Shown: one piece after another, positions 54,829-64,000 of the stretch | Layout of the letters: each line of letters begins with the position of its first letter | How positions within the stretch are numbered: the stretch's first letter is position 1 | Source: Octopus vulgaris | Taxonomy: Eukaryota | Length of the DNA: 64,000 nt | NCBI GenBank assembly: GCA_951406725.2 | Contig: OX597825.1 | Span: 78,554,001-78,618,000, forward strand | Reading direction: 5' to 3' | Notes under the pieces: model-generated | Told to the model about the DNA's origin: nothing | Seen by the model: the letters and a program-made list of their open reading frames with translations, nothing else | Database searches by the model: none | Program-made: the position numbers and the translations under genes

Positions 54829-55718
54829 GGGTTTATCATAGCAGCTCAAGATCAATGCCTACCAACAAGAAACTACCAGGCCAACATATTAAAGATCAGA
54901 AGCAGTCCAACGTGTCGTGTATGCAAGCAACAAAATGAAACCATTGACCATGTGGTCTCCAAGTGCAGTCTTCTAGCGCCTACAGAGTATCTCAACAGGC
55001 ACGATAGAGCTGCACAATATATTCACTGGGTAATCTGTAAAAACCTGGATTTGCCCCATGAAAAAAACTGGTGGGAACACAAACCACCCCCAGTGCTTGA
55101 AAATGACCACATCTCACTCCTCTGGAACTTCACCATTCAAACTGACAGGAAGATAGATGCAAATAGGCCAGACATCATATTGAAAAACTTCAAACAAAGA
55201 ACATGCCTCCTCATTGATATGACTGTCCCAATCGATATAAACGTATCTGTCAAGACCTACCAAAAACTGAGCAAATATAAAGATCTTGAAATAGAAATCA
55301 GCAAAATGTGGAAGCTGAAGACTAAAACAATACCTGTTGTCATAGGTGCCCTGGGAATGATAGCAAAAGGGGCGGATAGCTACCTAACTCAGATACCAGG
55401 AAACCCAAAAATGGCAGAAGTTCAAAAGATAGTGCTCATGGGAACTGCTCATATCCTACGCAAAATACTTTCTATGTAATCTCAAGGTTTAAAACAACCA
55501 TAATTTTCGGTTTTAAAAAAAACAAAAAAAAACAAAAAAAAACCTTTTTTTTTTTTTTTTTTCTTTTTAGACATTCATTAGTACAACATCCCCACCCCCC
55601 AAATATATGGCACACTAGGCATAACAACAACATGAACTTCCAACCCTGTTGTCTCTTGAGGTCTCTGGGTGAGACTTGGAGCCAACTTGTACAAATATAA
55701 AGTAAAAGTCAAACATAG
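54829..55718 (+). mobile_element. 5'-truncated R4/Dong-clade LINE (CCHC plus REL endonuclease, frame open to 55479) flanked by (TAA)n
   Basis: [65 protein letters not shown]; (TAA)n on both sides. Confidence 0.95.
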
Positions 55719-55749
55719 AATAATAATAATAATAATAGTAATCATAATC

Positions 55750-55805
<56 letters not shown>

Positions 55806-56714
55806 GGGAAAAATTGATTAATCAATTTATAATTAATAATCTTACCAAGGAGTTTGCTATGTTAAAAAGAACCTTTATCGGTAAACTTATACAAAAATTT
55901 TATAATTATAAGCATAATTATAATTAGGATTTAGCAAAATACATATAAGAAAACGTCGCGACCTCCGGCTCTCACTTAACGTTTACCCTCCCGTAGGAGC
56001 TCCCAGCACCCTTGAATGGGCACTCTACGACCAGGTTATTAACCGTTCTTTCAGAATAATATCTATGATGTCTGTTCCTTAATTTATGTCTAAAAGGAGT
56101 GGTTTGAAGGAAATTTTGTGGTTATTTAATAGTCGATTCACCTCGTTCACTCTCGAGTTTCAGACATGAATCGTCAAAGTTTGAAACTGAGCGGCGATTT
56201 GTTAAACCTATCCTGTGAAAAAAGTCTCAGTTCCGTTTTCAAGCATTAATTGGCAACAACAATAACCAATGGCAGAATGTTCATATGAAATGATATTCAC
56301 TGTTGTATTCGGTGTCTGTATACATATGTGTATATATGTTCGCGTGTGTGTGTGTGTCTATGTTTCTGTGTCTGTGTACAGCAATAAATACGGAAAATAC
56401 GTAACGCAAGTTGCCGTATATATATGTCCAGTCATCAAAATTGCGTAATACGAGAAACTTGGAGTAACGACGCAATAAAACTTTCAATGTTTCTGTATAC
56501 ATACATAAACAGATATATACATCCATACGTGTATATTTATTGTTTTTACTTTTTTATTGTTTTTACTGTTTTGTTCTCACTGTCCTGTTCTTGCTATCAC
56601 TTTCACCCTCCGCAAAAAAATCCTAACGAAATCGGGTCTTGTCCTTGCCTTCGTCACGCGGAATAGATGAAACAGGGACAACTGAAGAAGGGGAATATTC
56701 TTTATGTTGTATGT

Positions 56715-57328
56715 CTCTATTTCTAAATTTTCGCTATGTGGTTAAGCAACTTACTTAACCCATAATTATACTTATATATAAAAAGACTTTTTGTAAAAGT
56801 TCCTACTGATAATGGTTCTCTTTACATACCGAAATTACTTGGTAAAATTTATTAATTTTCAATTAATAATTATTTACCCTTATATTTGTAATGAATTTTT
56901 TCACTCCAGTATAACAAACCGCAGTTCTCTTTCTGCGGTATTATCTTGTGACGCACATGGTAATCTTGGAGGGAAAATACGAATTCAGTCGTCTATATAG
57001 ATTTGGATGTGCTGACTATCTTATGTTATTTCTCGATGGCGCTGGATCGGGATGCAAAGGGTAGGTTCATAGCATTTTCAGATTTATAAATCATCGAATT
57101 ATTGTGCTGATGACAGGAATGAATTTGTATAATTCTAACCCAGAAACGCGTCCACAATTAATCGAAGACAGATTTCGTTATTTTTCTTCCTTTGCCTATG
57201 TGAGTTACAAGTATTGCTATCTGTGGAGTAATATCTGTAGTAAAAAGGAATAAACTGTCTTTGGCTGCTGTCTCTAAATTTTCGGTATGTGGTTAAGCAA
57301 CTTGTTGCAACATAATTATATTTATAAT
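56715..57328 (+). mobile_element. Hammerhead-bearing element bounded by direct repeats of about 50 bp (retrozyme- or Penelope-pLTR-like)
   Basis: tctaaattttcg.tatgtggttaagcaactt..cataattata at about 56722 and 57273; internal hammerhead at 57101-57158; followed by a TA-rich tract. Confidence 0.6.
57101..57158 (+). ncRNA. Type I hammerhead ribozyme with canonical core and palindromic minimal helix III
   Basis: ATTGTG-CTGATGA-(helix II region with gaatt/aattc)-GAAA-CGCG-TC-CACAAT: perfect 6-bp helix I and a GUC cleavage triplet. Confidence 0.8.
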
Positions 57329-57353
57329 CTATGTATATATATAACACACACAC

Positions 57354-57393
<40 letters not shown>

Positions 57394-57394
57394 C

Positions 57395-57440
<46 letters not shown>

Positions 57441-57471
57441 GTGTGTGTGTGTGTATGTATATATATGTATG

Positions 57472-57529
<58 letters not shown>

Positions 57530-58838
57530 TACACACATACATGCAAGTTAATCTATAAGTTTGTGCTTATATGTGCGTGTATGTATGCAGATATGTATAG
57601 GAACATACATGCAAAGAACTGTATACATACATACTGACAAACAGGCAGACACGCAGCATGTAAACATTCGTGCCTGCATACAAGCAATAGAATATCCAAT
57701 TGATCTTCCGTCATTTTCCACGATGAGTTATTCAGTAAGACGTTCAACTAAACCATCTGCTCAGCGATAGCGATTAGTCATGCCTTGCTTTGCTTAGGAT
57801 ATCCAACAAGACCGAAACATGTCTGAGTTTTTACCGCATGGCTATAGCTCAGGCTCTATTCCAATATTGTCCCATAATGAATTAATTTCAATTAATTATA
57901 ATTTTGTAATTACTTGCCTTATCTTTATCTTTTGTAGCTATAATTAGCAATTCTAGCTAATTTAAATGCATCTTGTTATAATATTTTATTAATTAAAATG
58001 TTTAATACTACAATGAGTAATTTAAATATTTTATAGTATTTCATTAATTAGAATATCTCATAAATAGTATTTGATCAAAATTTCTCATACTTCAGCATTT
58101 AGTTAATTAATTAAAATTGTCATCGGTCGGGGCGAGATGAAAATGATTTAAGCAGTGATCCACGAAAGCGTCAGACGCATTTCTGCATTGTTGAACCACG
58201 TCAATAACGCATGCCCACTCCCTCAATGCTTATCGAAACTTGTGCCCTCCGACATACAGGAAACGCTGAATAATATACACACTTATACTGCGGAAAGTTT
58301 GACTGTCTGTAATAAAGTCGCCGGTCACCGACATATGTTTTTAAAACAACATATCTTAAAGAGGTTTTTCTCTCAGACAAAATCCACAGCGTCACGCCTT
58401 TCAATGGTGTATATATGTTACGTATGGTATGCATATGGCGATTTTAGTTTAATGTTATTTCAATTACGTACACCGAGTTAATTAATTAAACTTTCCCATA
58501 CTATAGTATTTAATTAAAATGTTTGTACTATATTATTTAATTAATTAAAATGAGTTAAAAGGAGTGTGGGAGCACGCTTGAAGTATATAAAGAAACATTA
58601 ACAAGAGCTTAATGATATATTAATATTCTGGCTTCGCTTTTTACTACACAGGCACACAGGCATACATACATACTTACACAGACACAGCCATGCACACGCA
58701 TAGAAACACACTCACACACACACACATTAAAATCTAGTTGTGTGTTTATATATATATATATATATATATAAAATCTAGGTACATATAGACACACACGCAT
58801 GCACGCACATACGCATGTACATATACACGATTGTCGAT

Positions 58839-58896
<58 letters not shown>

Positions 58897-59181
58897 TCTG
58901 TGTCTGTGTTGTCTGTGTGCCAACAAAGACGAAAGATTGAAAGGAAAAGTACGAAATTATGGCGGCTGTCTGTAAAAAGAAATCCAAATAAATTGAAACC
59001 CAATAAAACCGTAACCGTGCAAACATAGTGTCGCGGAAACCGCAAGAAAACTGTAATTGCTCGAAATCACAAAGTTTTCTCACGTTAACAGCAAAATATG
59101 ATGGCGAGATAAAAAAAAAGTTACCCTCATATATGGTTGTGTTGTATCTATTTTATTATTTTGAAAACAATATGGACCTAA

Positions 59182-59425
59182 TTCTTTTATTCTTTTACTT
59201 GTTTCAGTCATTGTGACTGCGGCCATGCTGGGGCACCACCTTTAGTCGAGCAAATCGAGTTCAAGATTTATTCTTTGTAAGCCTGGTACTTATTCTATCG
59301 GTCTTTTTGCCGAACCGCTAAGTGACGGGGACGTAAACACACCAGCATCGATTGTCAAGCGATGGAGGGGGACAAACACAGACACACACAAATACACACA
59401 CACAAATACACACACACACACACAT

Positions 59426-59497
<72 letters not shown>

Positions 59498-59653
59498 GAC
59501 GAGCTACTATCAGTTTCCGTCTACCAAATCCACTCACAAGGCTTTGGTCGCCCCGAGGCTATTGTAAAAGACACTTGCCTAAGATGCCACGAGGTGAGAC
59601 TGAACCCTGAACCATGTGGTTGGTAAGCAAGCTTCTTACCACACACCCACTCC
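59182..59653 (-). mobile_element. Full-length composite SINE A/B
   Basis: A head at 59495-59653, internal (TA)/(CA) microsatellite, B module and CR1-like tail at 59182-59380. Confidence 0.9.
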
Positions 59654-59837
59654 TTATTCAGTTTATTGGGAGCGATGGGGGTGGAATTTTCTAGTTTTTT
59701 TTTTGTTTTCTTTTTTCATTTCATTTCCGCATACCAACTTTGAATATAGTAAGGTCTTGTAATACAATGGAGTAAAATGAAATATAAGATAAAAAGCTTC
59801 CTCCATAAGGTGCTGATATCAACAACATTTGTTCCTT

Positions 59838-60237
59838 GGAGTGGCTGTGTGGTAAGTACCTTGCTAACCAACCACATGGTTCCGGGTTCAGTCCCACTGC
59901 GTGGCATCTTGCGCAAGTGTCTTCTGCTATAGCCCCGGGCCGACCAATGCCTTGTGAGTGGATTTGGTAGACGGAAACTGAAAGAAGCCTGTCGTATATA
60001 TGTATATATATATGTATGTGTGTGTGTTTGTGTGTCTGTGTTTGTCCCTCTAGCATTGCTTGACAACCGATGCTGGTGTGTTTACGTCCCCGTCACTTAG
60101 CGGTTCGGCAAAAGAGACCGATAGAATAAGTACTGGGCTTACAAAGAATAAGTCCCGGGGTCGATTTGGTCGACTAAAGGCGGTGCTCCAGCATGGCCGC
60201 AGTCAAATGACTGAAACAATTAAAAGAGTAAAGAGTA
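59838..60237 (+). mobile_element. Full-length composite SINE A/B
   Basis: ggagtggctgtgtggtaag..ccgggttcagtcccactgcgtggcatcttg.gcaagtg, a microsatellite, then ggcggtgctccagcatggccgcagtcaaatgactgaaac. Confidence 0.9.
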
Positions 60238-60496
60238 TATAATGGTTATTTCATCAAATTCTTTTCGTCAGAATGTTTGGCTACTGTACACGGTGACATT
60301 ACGTAACGAACAACGGCTCTCATACCGGTATAAACATAAACACGCATACGCACACACACTCACACACACACATACATACATGCGCACACGCACTCTCACA
60401 TGAACACAAACATACATATACATATATATATATATAATCGATAATTGATCTTAGTCCCATGTATTTAGTCAGCTATGCATGAATGTTTACATGCTC

Positions 60497-60554
<58 letters not shown>

Positions 60555-60699
60555 TCAGACAGAGAGATACCTATATATGTGCATGTGGGCGCATGCGTAC
60601 ATGTATCTATATATATATATATATATATATATATTTCATACACACATAGATATACATTAATAATATACATATGTATTTATACATATACGCACAATCATA

Positions 60700-60723
60700 A
60701 AAAAATAACAATAATAATGGTTT

Positions 60724-60816
<93 letters not shown>

Positions 60817-60925
60817 CGATGATGATGATGACGATGATGAAAATGATGATGATGATGATGATAATGAAAATGATGATGATGATGATGATGATGATGATGG
60901 TAGCGACGACGACGACAACAACAAC
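60700..60925. repeat. (TAA)n/(GAT)n/(GAC)n compound repeat
   Basis: Direct reading of the sequence. Confidence 0.95.
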
Positions 60926-61530
60926 TGAACCCGCTAAGAAAATCTCTATTCCAGAATCTAGAGGAAATATATTTCGTGTTAAGTAGATCACAAAAAAAGA
61001 TATTCTCATTTTTGTTCTGATTTCTGGGTGTAAAAATCCGATATTCATTGATCTAATATCTATTTGGTTGTTTCGTTGCTATAATTATTGTTGTAATTGT
61101 TCATATTCGGCATATCTATGTTGTTGTTTTTCTTGTTCTAGTTATTGAACGACAACTTATTCTTGCTGATGTTTTTGGCTTTTATACTACGGTACTGTTT
61201 TTTTGTTCTGTTTTGTTTTGTTATTTTGTGTGTTATTGGAGGCTGGGGTTGTGACAAGGAGGTATCTTCTAACGTGCACTAATCACGCATATGTCTTCCA
61301 TCTCAGAGTCTCGCACTTCTCACCTGTACAAAGATCTTTCTCACCTGATAGATATTGCTCAAAAATTATTGTGATGTAATTTAGCTCGGTACGAAGAAAA
61401 ATTTTTCCCTCGTGAAGAAGCAGTCTATTCTTAAACAAACTTCGAACCACCGAGATTTTTCGGATACGATATAAGTTATGGTTCTTTTGCCTATTTAGAT
61501 TGTAATATAATATAAAATATAATACTATAT

Positions 61531-61712
61531 GTGGAGGCGCAATGGCCCAGTGGTTAGGGCAGCGGACACGCGGTCGTAAGATCGCGGTTTCGTTTCCCAG
61601 TTTATTGAGGTGTTTATTGAGCGAAAACACCTAAAGCTCCACGATGCTCCGGCAGGGAGTGGTGGCGATCCCTGCTGTACTCTTTCGCCACAACTTTCTC
61701 CCACTCTTCCTT
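61531..61712 (+). mobile_element. SINE family D, truncated and internally deleted
   Basis: gtggaggcgcaatggcccagtggttagggcagcggac..gagcgaaaacacctaaagctccacg. Confidence 0.85.
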
Positions 61713-61784
61713 CTTTCAACTAGTTTGGTAGGTAGGTAGATAGGTGATTATGTATATAGGTTACACACACACAAGCATACATGT

Positions 61785-61842
<58 letters not shown>

Positions 61843-61975
61843 GGACCTTGAACCCACAAGAGTAAACAAGAGAAAGGCAGAAACAAGGAAAATGCCACTT
61901 ATATTTGAACACTATACAAATATTCTTTTAAAAAAATTTTCTCTTAATTTTTCTAAATTTAATTTTTAATTGTTA

Positions 61976-62012
61976 TGGTTGAAAAGGTCTCAAATGACCG
62001 AAACCGGTACTG
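61976..62012 (+). ncRNA. Minimal hammerhead motif with compensatory U3:A8 core
   Basis: tgg-TTGAAAA-ggtc[tcaaat]gacc-GAAA-ccgg-TA-ctg; upstream 61855-61940 matches the reverse complement of 20465-20560. Confidence 0.65.
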
Positions 62013-62103
62013 AACGTCTTGGATTAAATGGATTTGCATGTTGGACTATAGCTGATCTATAGTTAATCAGGCAAGCAGACAAGTAGATAGATAGACAGAC
62101 AGT

Positions 62104-62186
<83 letters not shown>

Positions 62187-62330
62187 CGAGAGAGAGAGAG
62201 AGAACCAGGCCAGTTGAAACATTTTGTTTAACATAAACATGAGATCTCTCAGATCCTCTGAGAACAGATATGTTATTTTTCCTTCATAAACCAGAATAAT
62301 GTGTGTGTGTTTGTGGGGGTGAGTACGTGC

Positions 62331-62382
<52 letters not shown>

Positions 62383-62869
62383 GCATCATACATAGATATA
62401 TATACATAAAATACATACATTAGCTAGAATATTGGTTTATTTTGACTCCACACACACACACACACAGAAATATTCCATGTTTTGTAGGAGTGGAGAAGAC
62501 ATATTTCTAGCCCTCGTTCTTTTTCCCAAATACTTTGGCGACATAAATTAAGTAGTTTCAAGCTGTGAATCGAAACCAGGTCGCTGAATCGGTTCACTAA
62601 GAAATTTACGACCACATTATGACGCATCGGCATTGGTTTCCATTCACCCCAAACAAAAACAACAGTCTAGAGAAAGAAAACAACCAGATTAATAACATTA
62701 AGTGCAAAGAGAATAGCAACATTTATATCTTGCAACATCTTAATGACATCACGTGCATATATTGGAAGAAGGGCCAGGACGACAGGCTTGCTAGAAACAG
62801 CAACCAATTTTCTCTCAAATCACCGTCTTCAAGAAAAATGTGACGGGTAACACATTTGATATAGTGTGG

Positions 62870-63316
62870 GGATCTTTTCAGTTTGAACGGCAGTTTTTTT
62901 TAAATAATTTCCACATAACTAAACACTTTTAAACTTCGTATACTAGTAGAATGTATTTATAAAACATCTTTTTCTCTTGGCTTTATTGAGAAAATTCTAT
63001 AGTTTGTAAGATATTTGTTGTTGCTTTTTTTTTCTTCAATTTCTGCAATTTCAACCAATCAATGACGTCTATTGAGGTGAAACCATTCTGTGCCGTATGA
63101 AAATGTCCCTCGTTTAAGAAACAGATTGGGTTTATTTACATTTCTGAAGAAAAAAAGATACCCTTCCCCCCCCACCCCTAACCCTAACCCTAACTAACCC
63201 TAAATCTAACCCTAAAATAGATTGAAATGCAATAGTTCGATACTAAGGTCATAATTATGGGTGACAATTTCATATGACACCGCTAGAAAAAACTGCCGTT
63301 CAAACCGAAAAGATCC
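62870..63316. mobile_element. MITE with about 30-bp TIRs starting GG, an 8-bp TSD and internal telomeric repeats (Merlin-like)
   Basis: TIRs ggatcttttcagtttgaacggcagtttttt and aaaaaactgccgttcaaaccgaaaagatcc; TSD TAGTGTGG at 62862-62869 and 63317-63324; (CCCTAA)n at 63176-63215. Confidence 0.9.
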
Positions 63317-64000
63317 TAGTGTGGTTCTGGATATGCGGGTGGAAAAACGTGATGGTCACAGCAGGTATGTCTTTTGATCATAAGTCTGTTCTATCAGGGT
63401 TGACTTAGGGTCTTCACGATAGCAATAATAACAACAGAGGTAATATCTGCAGTAACAGTAGCAATAACAACATTTTAATACGAAGAATTTGGATTTTGTG
63501 TTGATATTACCGGTCATTGACATTGTAAAGGAACATAACGGTTTCAAGCTGGGAAAGATTGAGATAAGTAAACATTTTCTTAGTCTTAGTTCTGTCACGA
63601 ACCGACAGGCTTTTTTAGCCAAAGCTTATTCCGGTTTTCATGGCGTATAACCAAATCAGAGTAAAAATATTACCTACCACAAACATTCAGGTCGCGATGC
63701 CAGTCCGTTGTGCAGTTTACCATTAGAGTGGATCAATAAAGATCTTAAATATTTTAACCCTTTGAACTCGCATGTACGTTTTAGCAGGCGCGATCCTTTG
63801 GCTCTAGTCCAGGAAGATGATAAAACAGCCGGCCACACGGTTTTGCGTTTACGGGGGAAAAAATATTATTTCTGCAAATTAACGAACCGTAAACATAAAA
63901 CCATGTGACCACCCGCTTTTGCGTCTCCCTTGGGTATAATCAAATGAAATCACGCCTGGTAAAGCGTTCTCGTGAATTAAAAGGTTGATCACAACTGGAT

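Noticed and set aside
63176-63215. True telomere or chromosome-fusion scar
   Set aside because: The array is short, degenerate and enclosed by MITE TIRs and a TSD.

Overview
AT-rich, extremely microsatellite-rich eukaryotic non-coding DNA (intronic or intergenic). No host protein-coding exon, rRNA, true tRNA or CRISPR array can be supported. Nearly all ORFs in the supplied track are translation artefacts of (TA)n, (TG)n, (TATG)n, (GATA)n, (TAA)n and (GAA)n arrays. The repeat mix suggests a coleoid cephalopod, probably Octopus; this is inference and was not verified. Recognisable content: three tRNA-derived SINE families (labelled A/B, C and D here); 5'-truncated LINEs of the CR1, RTE, Tx1/L1 and R4/Dong (restriction-like endonuclease, REL) clades; mariner and Tc1 remnants and MITEs; non-autonomous Helitrons; and a GG-ended MITE with an 8-bp target-site duplication (TSD) that carries telomeric repeats. 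Main second-look signals: (1) several families of short elements in or next to (TA)n tracts carry hammerhead-ribozyme motifs (one canonical core, a U4C pair, a family with compensatory U3:A8, and a possible permuted type II family), often as fold-backs resembling Penelope pLTR or retrozyme remnants; (2) two SINE-LINE 3'-tail partnerships visible inside the window, one with CR1 and a less usual one with Tx1; (3) different retroelement clades appear to occupy different microsatellite types. All alignments and folds were made by eye, and boundaries of degenerate copies are approximate.
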